Positions 36,143-45,867 of a DNA stretch of 64,000 nt are shown piece by piece. Source of the DNA: Dehalococcoidales bacterium (GTDB lineage: Bacteria; Chloroflexota; Dehalococcoidia; Dehalococcoidales; RBG-16-60-22); assembly GCA_028712355.1 (NCBI GenBank), contig JAQTQH010000003.1, forward strand, positions 2,117 to 66,116, in the 5' to 3' direction. How positions within the stretch are numbered: the stretch's first letter is position 1; each line of letters starts with the position of its first letter. Under the pieces are notes generated by a model. The model was given only the letters and a program-made list of their open reading frames with translations, was not told the origin of the DNA and ran no database searches. A program made the position numbers and the translations under genes.

Positions 36143-37366
36143 ATGAAAAAGCGGAAAATTATTACCGGTATTGATGTTGGCACTACCAAGATTTGCACAA
36201 TTATTGCCGATGCTGACGAAGCGGGCGGCTTGCGCGTGCTGGGTGTAGGCATTAATCCTTCCAAGGGTATGCACAAGGGGCTGGTGGTCAATATTGAAGA
36301 AGCCCGCGAGTCAATCAAGAAATCGATTCGGGAAGCCGAGCAGGCCAGCAATCACAAGATTGATTCGGCTTACATCGGGGTCACCGGCAGGCACGTCACC
36401 TCGATAAACAACCGTGGGGTTGTGGCCATCACCCGCAACGACCGTCTCGTCCGACCGGACGACCTGAAACGGGTCATGGCTTCGGCGCAGAGCATCCAGG
36501 TCCCCGGCGACCGTAAGCTGCTGCACGTTATTCCCCGTACCTATCTGGTGGACGGGCAGCCCGGTGTCAAGAACCCGGTTGGTATGCACGGTTTCCGACT
36601 GGATGTGGAAACCCACGTTATCACCGCCGCCATGGCTTCTCTGCAGAACATGGTCAAGTGCATTCGCTCGGTAGGCATCGATGTGGATGACCTGGTGCTG
36701 GAACCACTGGCGAGCAGCGAAGCCGTGCTGAGCGATGATGAAAAACAGGCGGGCGTAGTCCTGGCAGACATCGGCGGCGGCACCACCGATATCGCCATCT
36801 TCCGCGAGGGCAGCATCTGGCACACCGCGGTATTGCCGGTTGCCGGCTACCAGCTGACCCGGGATATCTCCATCGGTCTGGGCCTGCCATTTGACGTCGC
36901 CGAGGAAATGAAGAAGAAGTACGGCAGTGTCATGCCGGTCTATGAAAGCAAGATGGAGACACCTACCGCAATGTCGCAGGACGGGCACGGCGTTTCTTAT
37001 CAGGACCTGTGCGATATTATCCGCGCCCGTTTTGAGGAAATCATGAAGCTTATCCTGCTGGAGCTGCCCGGCACCGATTATTCTGAAATGGTCCCGGCGG
37101 GACTGGTCCTGACCGGCGGCAGTTCCAACGTCTCCGGTGCTTCGACACTCGGGCATGATGTTCTCAATCTTCCGGTCAGGGTGGGCGCTCCCATCGATAT
37201 GAATGGTATTGCTGAAATGCTGCGCGACCCGGCTTATGCCACCGGCGTCGGCCTCGTGCTCTGGGGCGCTCGGCATGAAGGGAAGCGCGGTGTCTGGCAA
37301 TCACGGTGGGGCTTTGGCTCCGCCTTCCGCGGTTTGGCAACTCAGTTGAAAAAACTGTTCTGGTAA
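36143..37366 (+). CDS. ftsA: cell division protein FtsA
   Basis: Actin-fold motifs GIDVGTTKI and DIGGGTTDIAIF. Confidence 0.95.
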   Translation: MKKRKIITGIDVGTTKICTIIADADEAGGLRVLGVGINPSKGMHKGLVVNIEEARESIKKSIREAEQASNHKIDSAYIGVTGRHVTSINNRGVVAITRNDRLVRPDDLKRVMASAQSIQVPGDRKLLHVIPRTYLVDGQPGVKNPVGMHGFRLDVETHVITAAMASLQNMVKCIRSVGIDVDDLVLEPLASSEAVLSDDEKQAGVVLADIGGGTTDIAIFREGSIWHTAVLPVAGYQLTRDISIGLGLPFDVAEEMKKKYGSVMPVYESKMETPTAMSQDGHGVSYQDLCDIIRARFEEIMKLILLELPGTDYSEMVPAGLVLTGGSSNVSGASTLGHDVLNLPVRVGAPIDMNGIAEMLRDPAYATGVGLVLWGARHEGKRGVWQSRWGFGSAFRGLATQLKKLFW

Positions 37367-37402
37367 AGATTGAAATTATCTGAGATTGAAAAGGAGGAGC
37401 AG

Positions 37403-38557
37403 ATGGCAAAGACAAGTTTCGTAACAAGTGCTGCTAAGATAAAGGTCATCGGCCTGGGCGGTGGCGGCTCAAATGCAATCACACGCATGGTGCGGGAAGA
37501 AATACGCGGTGTCGAGTTCGTCGCTATGAATACGGATGCTCAGGCATTATCCATTTGTGAAGCCCCCATCCGGATCCAGCTAGGCGAGAAACTCACCAAG
37601 GGCCTCGGCGCCGGCGGCGACTACATGGTCGGTCAGAAAGCCGCCGAAGAAAGCCGGGATGATATCCGCGAACTGGTGGCGGGGTCGGACATGGTGTTCA
37701 TCACCGCCGGCATGGGCGGCGGCACCGGAACCGGCTCGGCTCCCGTGGTAGCTGAGGTCGCCAAACAGAGTGGTGCGTTGACTATTGCAATAGTCACCAA
37801 GCCGTTCACCTTTGAGGGTGCCCATCGGCGCCGGACCGCCGAAGAAGCGATTATCCGGCTGCTGCAGAAAGTGGATACCCTGATTATCATCCCCAATGAC
37901 CGCCTGCTGGCGCTCTGTGACCAGAAGACGGGTGTGGACGAAGCCTTCCGGTTTGCCGATGAGGTCCTGCATCATGGCGTGCAGGCGATTTCCGAGGTGA
38001 TTACGATCCCAGGCTTGATTAACCTTGATTTCGCCGATGTCAAGGCAGTGATGAAGGACGCCGGCCCCGCCTGGATGTCCATCGGACGGGGTGCCGGGCC
38101 CAACCGGGCGGTTGACGCCGCCAAGGAAGCGCTCGCCAGCCCGTTGCTGGATGTTGCTATCACCGGTTCCCGGGCGGTGCTCTATAACGTGGTGGGCGGC
38201 GATACCCTCTCCCTTCATGAAGTCAACCAGGCGGCTGAGGTTATCAAACAGGCGGTCGACCCGGAGGCTAACATCATCTTCGGCGTGGCGCATGAATCAA
38301 GTATGGGCAACGAGGTGCGAATTACCTTAATCGCCACCGGCTTTAACGAGCGGTTGTATTCCACCGAGCAATCGGAACGGGATACTGAGATCACCCGTAT
38401 GCTCAAGGGCTTGAAGGGCAGTGAGGAAGAGCTGGATGTACCGTCCTTCCTGCGCCGGCCACTGTTCAGCCAGCGGCGCCAGGTCATTCCATCGACGACC
38501 CAGGTAAATCAACCACAGACACCCAGAATATCACCGCAGGCAATATCGAAACAATAG
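37403..38557 (+). CDS. ftsZ: cell division GTPase FtsZ
   Basis: GLGGGGSNA and the tubulin signature GMGGGTGTGSAP. ATG at 37403 preceded by AAGGAGG. Confidence 0.95.
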   Translation: MAKTSFVTSAAKIKVIGLGGGGSNAITRMVREEIRGVEFVAMNTDAQALSICEAPIRIQLGEKLTKGLGAGGDYMVGQKAAEESRDDIRELVAGSDMVFITAGMGGGTGTGSAPVVAEVAKQSGALTIAIVTKPFTFEGAHRRRTAEEAIIRLLQKVDTLIIIPNDRLLALCDQKTGVDEAFRFADEVLHHGVQAISEVITIPGLINLDFADVKAVMKDAGPAWMSIGRGAGPNRAVDAAKEALASPLLDVAITGSRAVLYNVVGGDTLSLHEVNQAAEVIKQAVDPEANIIFGVAHESSMGNEVRITLIATGFNERLYSTEQSERDTEITRMLKGLKGSEEELDVPSFLRRPLFSQRRQVIPSTTQVNQPQTPRISPQAISKQ

Positions 38558-38748
38558 GCTTACAACGGTAGTCCCGAGAGGGACACCGGTTTGCATTGGT
38601 GCGGCGAAGTAACAGCGGGGCTTGCTGGTAAAACAGCGAATCCGGCGTAATAAGGAGATATTTTTTACTTTAGCTGTCTCGCGTGCCGGGGAGCGGTAGG
38701 TTATGACCTGCTTTTCCGCCTCTACCGCTTTCCTGATGCCCTCCAGGT

Positions 38749-38797
38749 AAGAGGCTGTAGTTACTAGGCGACTACAGCCTCTTGCTTTGTGTTTCTT
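38749..38797 (+). terminator. rho-independent terminator ~190 nt downstream of ftsZ
   Basis: AAGAGGCTGTAG, 11-nt loop, CTACAGCCTCTT, followed by GCTTTGTGTTTCTT. Confidence 0.65.
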
Positions 38798-38824
38798 GAC
38801 TTATCTGCTCTCAGCCGTTATTCT
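38796..38824 (+). promoter_or_regulatory. sigma70-like promoter for rsmD-coaD
   Basis: TTGACT, 17 nt spacer, TATTCT. Confidence 0.4.
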
Positions 38825-38888
38825 TTAAATGTTGCCGCTCTGTGTTATATCTTGCAGAGTGGCTTCAATTGTTTAGGTTCTAAATTTT

Positions 38889-39443
38889 ATGAGAGTTATC
38901 GCCGGCGAAGCCAAAGGTCACCAGCTTAAGTACCCAAAGGGTACTGGAATACGTCCCGCCACGGACCTGGTGCGGGGAGCGGTCTACTCAATTCTTGAGA
39001 ATATGACAGGTGACTGGTCGCTGGTGCTGGACGCCTTTTCGGGCAGCGGGGCGATGGGTATTGAGGCGCTGAGCCGCGGTGCGGGCTGGGTTGATTTCAT
39101 TGAACGTGACCCCAGATGTTGTGCTATAATTAAAGAAAATCTGGCGAAAACGAAGCTGGCGGACCGGGCGCATATCTATTGCACCAGCGTAAGTAAAGCC
39201 ATCGATTTTCTGGGTAAAGAGTATCGCATAATTGTGATGGACCCGCCGTATGCGGATACTACGATTGGCGATGTGGTTATCCAGTTGTCGCATTCGTGTT
39301 TGGTAGGCAAAGAGACGGTGGTCGTGGTGACGCACTCGCCGCATTTGACTCTGGCAGCTGAATACGGCTCCTTGCGGATGGTAAAGGAACACCGTCATGG
39401 TGATAGCTGTATTGCGATTTATAAGAGGGAGGACAGGACTTGA
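38889..39443 (+). CDS. rsmD: 16S rRNA (guanine966-N2)-methyltransferase
   Basis: DAFSGSGAMGIEALSRGA and DPPY motifs. Confidence 0.9.
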   Translation: MRVIAGEAKGHQLKYPKGTGIRPATDLVRGAVYSILENMTGDWSLVLDAFSGSGAMGIEALSRGAGWVDFIERDPRCCAIIKENLAKTKLADRAHIYCTSVSKAIDFLGKEYRIIVMDPPYADTTIGDVVIQLSHSCLVGKETVVVVTHSPHLTLAAEYGSLRMVKEHRHGDSCIAIYKREDRT

Positions 39444-39928
39444 TAACCGCCATCTACCCGGGCAGTTTTGACCCCATCACCAATGGACATATCGATATTG
39501 CGACGCGTGCCGCCAAAATCTTCGGTAAGGTCTACGTGGGTGTTTTCAAGACGCCGGCGAATAAGCGTCTGCTCTTCACAACTGAAGAGAGAATCGAACT
39601 TGCCCGCAAGTCCCTGGCACATTTGCGCAATGTTGAAGTAGTGTCTTTCGTTGGTCTGACCGTACAGTTTGCCCGTGAGGTTAATGCTGATGTCATGGTC
39701 CGCGGTCTACGCATGGGTGCTGACTTTGAGCGGGAATTTGAAATGGCAATGATGAACAAGAAGCTGTTCCCGGACCTGGAAATGGTTTGTTTCATGGCCA
39801 GCCAGGAGTACCAGTTCCTCAGTTCCAGCCTGCTCAAAGAAGTGGCTGCCCTGGAAGGCAATATCAGCTATCTGGTACCGCCTCATGTCGCTGATGCCAT
39901 CCGCCAGAAAACGGGTAAAAAGTGTTAG
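39440..39928 (+). CDS. coaD: phosphopantetheine adenylyltransferase
   Basis: YPGSFDPITNGH. 4-nt overlap with rsmD. Confidence 0.95.
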   Translation: MITAIYPGSFDPITNGHIDIATRAAKIFGKVYVGVFKTPANKRLLFTTEERIELARKSLAHLRNVEVVSFVGLTVQFAREVNADVMVRGLRMGADFEREFEMAMMNKKLFPDLEMVCFMASQEYQFLSSSLLKEVAALEGNISYLVPPHVADAIRQKTGKKC

Positions 39929-39992
39929 ACGGGTGGTTTGTATCTGTGATAACCGCAGAAAATTCAAAAAATAGCAGGAGGTAAGTTTTTAC

Positions 39993-40259
39993 ATGGCGTA
40001 CAAGATTACGGATGAGTGCATTAGCTGTGGTGCCTGTGAGCCGGAGTGTCCCAACGCCGCCATCAAAGAGGGCGAGACGACTTACGTTATTGACCCGGAC
40101 AAATGCACGGAATGCATCGGCGCATTTGAATCATCGCAGTGTGCCGAAGTCTGCCCGGTAAGCGCCCCCCAGCCCGACCCAGACCGGAAAGAGAGCCGGG
40201 AAGTCCTTCTGGGGAAGTGGAAGAAGCTCCATCCGGGCGAGACCCCCAAAACAACGTAA
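39993..40259 (+). CDS. 2x[4Fe-4S] ferredoxin with C-terminal extension
   Basis: [12 protein letters not shown] and [18 protein letters not shown] cluster motifs. Confidence 0.9.
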   Translation: MAYKITDECISCGACEPECPNAAIKEGETTYVIDPDKCTECIGAFESSQCAEVCPVSAPQPDPDRKESREVLLGKWKKLHPGETPKTT

Positions 40260-40295
40260 AAGCAACAAAACACTTTTACAATCATAACAAAATAT

Positions 40296-40352
40296 ATCAG
40301 AGACTTAGCGCCTATTCTTAAATTGGGTAGAAGGTTAGGTCTCTGATTTTTT
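40296..40352 (+). terminator. possible terminator (long-loop hairpin plus T-tract)
   Basis: ATCAGAGAC, 34-nt loop, GTCTCTGAT, followed by TTTTT. Confidence 0.35.
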
Positions 40353-40417
40353 AAACATTGTCAAAAATACCTCCGATTTATAGATTAGCGAGACATTCAG
40401 TAAAATACTTACAATAT

Positions 40418-40454
40418 CTCCTCTCCCCTTGTGGGAGAGGACTAAGGTGAGGGG
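40418..40454. repeat. left flank repeat of DUF559 cassette
   Basis: CCTCTCCC-CTTGT-GGGAGAGG hairpin followed by ACTAAGGTGAGGGG. Confidence 0.6.
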
Positions 40455-40466
40455 TATCAAGGCAAA

Positions 40467-40811
40467 ATGGCGAAACCCCCAGAGGTTGAATTAGCAAAGG
40501 GACTCCGTCATAGGCAAACTGAGGCCGAGAAAAAGCTCTGGTCTAGATTACGGAATAAGCAGCTATGTGGAGTAAAATTCCGCAGGCAACAGCCTGTTGG
40601 GAACTATATTGTTGATTTTGTGAGCTTTGATAAAAAGCTGATTGTTGAAGTTGATGGTGGTCAGCATAATGAATCAAAGAAAAGAGAAAATGACGAGCAG
40701 AGAACCCGATGGCTGGAGAGTAATGGTTTTCGTATTCTGAGATTCTGGAACAACGAAGTGTTACTGAATATGACTGGTGTACTGGAACAGATAGAGCAAG
40801 CTCTTCGGTGA
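40467..40811 (+). CDS. DUF559 (Vsr-like endonuclease fold) protein
   Basis: LRHRQTEAEKKLWSRLRNKQLCGVKFRRQQPVGNYIVDFV...IVEVDGGQH...GFRILRFWNNEV is the DUF559 pattern. Confidence 0.85.
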   Translation: MAKPPEVELAKGLRHRQTEAEKKLWSRLRNKQLCGVKFRRQQPVGNYIVDFVSFDKKLIVEVDGGQHNESKKRENDEQRTRWLESNGFRILRFWNNEVLLNMTGVLEQIEQALR

Positions 40812-40813
40812 TG

Positions 40814-40853
40814 TCTCACCCTCACCCTGCCCTCTCCCATCGAGGGAGAGGGT
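40814..40853. repeat. right flank repeat of DUF559 cassette (inverted relative to the left flank)
   Basis: CTCACCCTCACCCTG followed by the CCCTCTCCC-ATCGA-GGGAGAGGG hairpin. Confidence 0.6.
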
Positions 40854-41210
40854 AACAAACGAGCCCTTTGACTTAAAGCTCAAGACTGACAATTTGCAGG
40901 TAAGTTCTAATAATAACTGGGGTAGTCCTTACTTTCATTTTAAATACTCACCAAATATTGAATAAACTTAAACCTATTGAGGCGAGTATAAAGTAGCCGA
41001 CAACTGCGAATGCTTGAATAATTAAACCAACAATAAATAGCTGCCATGCGAAAGCATTATATTTTACACTAGAAATGACGGCGGCGATGATGCCGCCCAG
41101 AAGACCAAAGAATATCGGTAAAAGCCAGAGCGCCCCCAGGTGATATTCGTTTCTCTTCGTTAAATATATCGCTCAATGTTTCTTTCGACTCCTTCGATCA
41201 TCTCCAATTT

Positions 41211-41705
41211 TTATCTAAAAAATCCCCTCACCTCGCTGAACTCGGCGGGAAGCAGCGCCAGTACCATCGGGAAAATGTCCAGCATGAACTTCGCCAGCAG
41301 GGATTGGCCGATGGGGTCGGACATGCCGAAAAACTGGACCCAGATAGCCAGCCCCGCCCCGCAGAAGACTGCTCCCAGCACGAGGCCAAAAACCGCGCCT
41401 CCCAGCCGGTTGAGCCAGCCCAGCATTATGGCGCTCGCTATTCCTTTCAGCACCGCCGCGATGATGGAGGCGATGAGCATCACGCCGATGGCGATGATAG
41501 CGAAAGCGACGATATTTGCGATGGCTGGTGACGAGATGAAGGTCAGTTGCCCGGCGAGAGCGCCGTGGAAACGCCCCGCCAGCAGCACGCCCACCACTAG
41601 ACCGGCGAGAGATAGTACCGCCTTGATGAGTCCCTGGGTGAAGCCTGTAAATACGGGGATAATCAAGGCTACCAAAAGGGCAATATCCAGCCAGCTCATA
41701 CGCAC
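41211..41705 (-). CDS. CvpA-family membrane protein
   Basis: MSWLDIALLVALIIPVFTGFTQGLIKAVLSL N-terminus; 4 TM helices. Confidence 0.8.
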   Translation of the reverse strand: MRMSWLDIALLVALIIPVFTGFTQGLIKAVLSLAGLVVGVLLAGRFHGALAGQLTFISSPAIANIVAFAIIAIGVMLIASIIAAVLKGIASAIMLGWLNRLGGAVFGLVLGAVFCGAGLAIWVQFFGMSDPIGQSLLAKFMLDIFPMVLALLPAEFSEVRGFFR

Positions 41706-41775
41706 CTCCGTTTATTAGCTGTCAGCGTGGGGATGGTCTGTTAGCTGAAAGCTGTCCGCTGATAGTCTAATTGTA

Positions 41776-43023
41776 TTACCCGTAATGGAGGGCGTCAATA
41801 GGGTTAAGCCGCGCCGCGCGCATCGCGGGGTACAGTCCGGAAGCGATGCCGATGAAAATAGAAACCGAGACCGCCAGGATAACGATATCCGGTGATACTA
41901 CCGCCCGCAGTGTCAAACCGCTGGTCTGAATCTGGGAAATGCCCAGCGAGAGCAGCCACCCTCCAATGATGCCGATGCCGCCGCCGGTTAAACTCATCAT
42001 GGCGGCTTCGATGAGGAACTGGAGGAGAATATCGCGCCGCTTGGCGCCGACCGCTTTCCGTAGCCCGATTTCCCGTGTGCGCTCGGTCACGGAAACCAGC
42101 ATGATATTCATGATGCCGATACTGCCCACCAGTAGTGAAATGCCGGCAACCAGCCCCAGGAAGATGGTGAGCGCGCCGGTAATTTGTTGGAACAGGCTGA
42201 GGATTTGCTCGTTGCTGATGATGGCGAAATCATCTTTGTCCCCGGCTTTGATGCGGTGCTGCCTTCGCAGCAAGTTTTCAATTTCGGTGGTGATGTAATC
42301 GGCGTAGTCGCTGCTGGTTATCTGCACGGCGATGGACTGCACGGCGTCTTCGCCCCGGGAAGTCTTGCGGGGGAACATCTTGCTCTGGTAGGTCGTGATG
42401 GGTACTACGATGATGGAGTCCATGCTGACGCCCATCATCTGCCCGCCTTTAGGTTCCAGTACGCCGACCACGGTAAAAGAGCGCCCGCTGAGCTTGATTT
42501 TTTGTCCTATCGGGTCTTTTGTGCCGAGAATATCTTCAACTACTTTTTGACCGAGCACGACGACAGTATCTTTGAGACCGATGTCTCGTTCGTTAATGAA
42601 ACGCCCGTATGCCGTATGGTAGTTGTATATCTCCTCGAACTCCGGAGTGGTTGCTTCGATGACACCCATGGCGCTTTCGTTGCCAAAGGTGACTTCGACG
42701 AAGTTCTCTGATACCGGTGCGACGCCGGTAACGTAAGGCACTCGTTCGGCAATCGCCCGGGCGTCCTCGATGGTCAAACTGGGCGTTGCCGACTGCATTG
42801 ACGCCAGCCCCTTTACGCCGGGGGTCTGCGAGATAACGTTGAGCGTGTTCGAGCCGTAGTCCTCAATCATATCGGTAATCTGCGCCTCGACGCCTCTGCC
42901 GACGGACATCAAGGTAATGACGGCGCCCACGCCGATGATAATCCCCAGCATCGTCAGCGAGGAGCGCAGCTTGTTGACGGTAAGCGACCGCAGTGCCAAC
43001 TTCAGCGAATCGACGAATTTCAT
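41776..43023 (-). CDS. ABC transporter permease (MacB/FtsX family)
   Basis: MacB-type periplasmic domain between TM1 and TM2. C-terminal FtsX 3-helix bundle with the TREIGLRKAVGA motif. Confidence 0.9.
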   Translation of the reverse strand: MKFVDSLKLALRSLTVNKLRSSLTMLGIIIGVGAVITLMSVGRGVEAQITDMIEDYGSNTLNVISQTPGVKGLASMQSATPSLTIEDARAIAERVPYVTGVAPVSENFVEVTFGNESAMGVIEATTPEFEEIYNYHTAYGRFINERDIGLKDTVVVLGQKVVEDILGTKDPIGQKIKLSGRSFTVVGVLEPKGGQMMGVSMDSIIVVPITTYQSKMFPRKTSRGEDAVQSIAVQITSSDYADYITTEIENLLRRQHRIKAGDKDDFAIISNEQILSLFQQITGALTIFLGLVAGISLLVGSIGIMNIMLVSVTERTREIGLRKAVGAKRRDILLQFLIEAAMMSLTGGGIGIIGGWLLSLGISQIQTSGLTLRAVVSPDIVILAVSVSIFIGIASGLYPAMRAARLNPIDALHYG

Positions 43024-43736
43024 TTCTTCTCACCATCCGGGTGTTCGTGCTTGACCGGTTCATCGGTAACAATTTTGCCATCCATCAGGCGGATGATGCG
43101 CTTTGCCTGCTGGGCGATGTCCATCTCGTGGGTAACCATTATGATAGTGATGCCCTCATCATTTAGCTTGCGGAAGAAATCGATGATATCATAGGAGGTC
43201 TTGCTGTCCAGGTTGCCGGTCGGCTCATCTGCCAGGATTAATGATGGGTTGTTGATGAGCGCCCGGGCAATCGCCACCCGCTGCTGTTCTCCGCCGGACA
43301 TCTCGGTGGGCTTGTGGTGGGCTCGTTTTGCCAGCCCCACCCTTTCCAGCGCCTCGAGCGCCCGCTTGTGGCGGTGTCTCGTACCACTGTAAATCAGGGG
43401 AAGCTCGACATTAGCCAGCGCACTCGACCGGCGCAGCAGGTTGAAATCCTGGAAAACAAAGCCTAAGCTCTTGCCGCGCATCTCGGCGAGCTTATTGTCG
43501 TTAAACTGGCTCACGTCCTGCCCTTTAAAGATATACTTGCCCGTGGTCGGCTTGTCCAGGCAGCCCATGATGTTCATCAGGGTAGATTTGCCCGAGCCGG
43601 AAGCCCCGATGATGGCAATGAACTCCCCGGGGGCGACACAGAGGTCTATTCCTCTCAGGGCATTGACCTCAACCTTGCCCATCTGGTAGGTCTTGGTCAG
43701 CTTATCAATACTGATGAGGCAGTTATCCGTTGTCAT
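43020..43736 (-). CDS. ABC transporter ATP-binding protein (MacB/LolD-like)
   Basis: [24 protein letters not shown] and LILADEPTG motifs. Confidence 0.95.
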   Translation of the reverse strand: MTTDNCLISIDKLTKTYQMGKVEVNALRGIDLCVAPGEFIAIIGASGSGKSTLMNIMGCLDKPTTGKYIFKGQDVSQFNDNKLAEMRGKSLGFVFQDFNLLRRSSALANVELPLIYSGTRHRHKRALEALERVGLAKRAHHKPTEMSGGEQQRVAIARALINNPSLILADEPTGNLDSKTSYDIIDFFRKLNDEGITIIMVTHEMDIAQQAKRIIRLMDGKIVTDEPVKHEHPDGEKK

Positions 43737-43737
43737 G

Positions 43738-45192
43738 CTATTGTCCGAACATAAAGCTCTGGCTGGAACTGGAACGGCTGCGGGTGATGATGGCGACGCT
43801 CTCGCCCTCGCTGAGCCCGCTGGTAATCTCGGTCTGCAGCCCGTCGCTGATGCCGGTGACCACGAGGTGATTTTGGACCTGACCGTTGGCTATCAAGTTG
43901 ACCACCTGGTTGCCCTGGTCATCCTTTTCGATAGCTCGGCTGGGCACCAGCAGTACGTTGCTGCGCTGATTGGTGATGATATCCGCCTGGGCGCTCATGC
44001 CAATCCTTACCGCCGGGTTATCCTTGAAAGAGAAAGCAATTTTGACCTCGTATTGCACCACGCCGCCCACGTTCTTGGGCATGGGATAGATGTCGGCTAC
44101 GGTGCCTTTAATTGTCGTATCGGGCAGGGCGTCCACGCTGATGATAGCCTCCTGGTCCAGCTTCACGCCCGGAATATCGATTTCATCGATGTCCACCATC
44201 AAGGCGACGGCGGAGGTATCGAGTAAAGTGGCGATGACGTTGAGCGAGGATACGACTTCCTGTTCTTCTGCGCCGGTGCTGATGACAATGCCATCAAACG
44301 GTGCGGTGAGGGTAGCTTCATTAAGCTGTTTTTGCGCCTGCACCAGTGACTTTTGCGCCAGTTCGACGGCGTTCTCCGCCTGCTTTACCGCATCTTTAGC
44401 GGCTTCTACCTGGGCTTCCTGGAGGATGATATCCCGTGCCAGGTCATCAAGGTTTTTCCGGGCTTGCGCCAGGGTATTATCCGCGGACTGGAGCTGCATT
44501 TTCTTGATGGCGACATCATCCTCATCGACGCCGGTGGTAATCCGGTCCAGGGCAGCTTCCGCGGATTCAAGGTCTGCCTGTGCCCGTGCGATGACCAGGT
44601 CCCATGTGGTGGGGTCGGTAGCGGTGGACTGGCTGTCTAGCGCATATTGTAGATAGATTTTCTTCCGATTGACCTCATCAATCGCGGCCTGTAAATCGGG
44701 CGCCGGGGCGGTCTCTTCGGCGTTTTCCAGCGCCACTTCGGCAATTTTGCGGTTCAGCTGCGCGGTGTAGACCGCCGCTTCCAGTGTCGTGCGGGAATCC
44801 TTCGTCCTGGTCAGGGTATACTCTGCCGTCTGCTGCGCCAGTTTCGCCTGGGTGACGGCGTATTGCGCCTGGGTCACGGCAGTCTGCGCCTGAGACTTTG
44901 CCAGTTCCAGAGCAGCCGTATCGAGCCGCGCGATGACGTCCCCCTTTTTTACCGGGTCGCCTTTCTTGACGCGAAGCTCAGTCATCCTGCCGGCGCCGGT
45001 GAAAGTCAGCTTGATGGTGCGGGAAGCTTCGATGGTGCCGTCCCCGCTGACGCTGATGGTGAGATTCCCCCGTGTGACCTCGGCAGTCTGCTGCTGTGCC
45101 GCCGGAGTGCCCCCAAAGGGATTGCAGGCAACTGCTCCCGCCAGTAGCGCACCGATTATGACCAAGACGCCAATCGTCTTCCAGATTTTCAT
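43738..45192 (-). CDS. HlyD/periplasmic adaptor (membrane fusion) protein
   Basis: N-terminal anchor, lipoyl-like GDPVKKGDVIARLD, long coiled-coil, beta-barrel C-terminus. Confidence 0.85.
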   Translation of the reverse strand: MKIWKTIGVLVIIGALLAGAVACNPFGGTPAAQQQTAEVTRGNLTISVSGDGTIEASRTIKLTFTGAGRMTELRVKKGDPVKKGDVIARLDTAALELAKSQAQTAVTQAQYAVTQAKLAQQTAEYTLTRTKDSRTTLEAAVYTAQLNRKIAEVALENAEETAPAPDLQAAIDEVNRKKIYLQYALDSQSTATDPTTWDLVIARAQADLESAEAALDRITTGVDEDDVAIKKMQLQSADNTLAQARKNLDDLARDIILQEAQVEAAKDAVKQAENAVELAQKSLVQAQKQLNEATLTAPFDGIVISTGAEEQEVVSSLNVIATLLDTSAVALMVDIDEIDIPGVKLDQEAIISVDALPDTTIKGTVADIYPMPKNVGGVVQYEVKIAFSFKDNPAVRIGMSAQADIITNQRSNVLLVPSRAIEKDDQGNQVVNLIANGQVQNHLVVTGISDGLQTEITSGLSEGESVAIITRSRSSSSQSFMFGQ

Positions 45193-45701
45193 TTTATCGC
45201 CTCCACTGAAGGATTGACCTTATTATCATTTTTCATATAGTGTTCTTGTTCCCACCGCAGCACCATGGCAGGCAATTCCTTCTCAAGAAAGGAATAGATT
45301 TCATGCATGTCTTCCAGCCACTGCCGGGCATGCGGCTTCCGGTCGGTAACCAGCTTCAAGCTGCGTTCCGCGAGGCGGTGGAAGATAGTGAACTCTTTTA
45401 CCGAGTGAGTGGCGATGTTCTGCCAGAAATCCGCATCGAGGCGGAAGTAGCGCTGCCTCATACCGGGCTGGCTGAACTGCTCCACCAGTCCGACCTGGAT
45501 GAGCAGGCGGGTGCTGGTGCTGATGGAACCACGGCTGGCTTGCAGGACATTAGCAAGCTGCTCCGCTGATTGATAGGGCGGTTCGGCAAGTAGCAGCCAG
45601 CCGATAATGCGGCCCGCCATGCGGGATAGTCCGCTATGTTCAAATGCTATTCCAAAATCCCCGATGAGCTGATTTTCCTCCGGGGTCAGTAAATTATCCA
45701 C
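45189..45701 (-). CDS. GbsR/MarR-family transcriptional regulator
   Basis: RMAGRIIGWLLLAEPPYQSAEQLANVLQASRGSISTSTRLLIQVGLV winged-helix pattern. First gene of the efflux operon. Confidence 0.7.
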   Translation of the reverse strand: MDNLLTPEENQLIGDFGIAFEHSGLSRMAGRIIGWLLLAEPPYQSAEQLANVLQASRGSISTSTRLLIQVGLVEQFSQPGMRQRYFRLDADFWQNIATHSVKEFTIFHRLAERSLKLVTDRKPHARQWLEDMHEIYSFLEKELPAMVLRWEQEHYMKNDNKVNPSVEAIK

Positions 45702-45867
45702 TCCGCTTCCTCTAATTAAATATCATAATATCCCGGGATAAATATTGTCAATACTGAAGATATAATAATTTCAGTAATGATTAAAAAATGAGCCCGGGCG
45801 AAATGAAAATTAGATTGAAAGGAGATAGCGTTGTATGGCGGGGTCAAGTCCGGTCACGGCGGGAGAT

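Noticed and set aside
40948-41170. Minus-strand frame encoding a convincing two-helix membrane peptide (...LGALWLLPIFFGLLGGIIAAVISS...FIVGLIIQAFAVVGYFILASIGLSLFNIW).
   Set aside because: The frame contains no in-frame ATG, GTG or TTG codon between the upstream stop and its own stop. It is at best a pseudogene or would need a CTG/ATT start. It is not callable from sequence alone.
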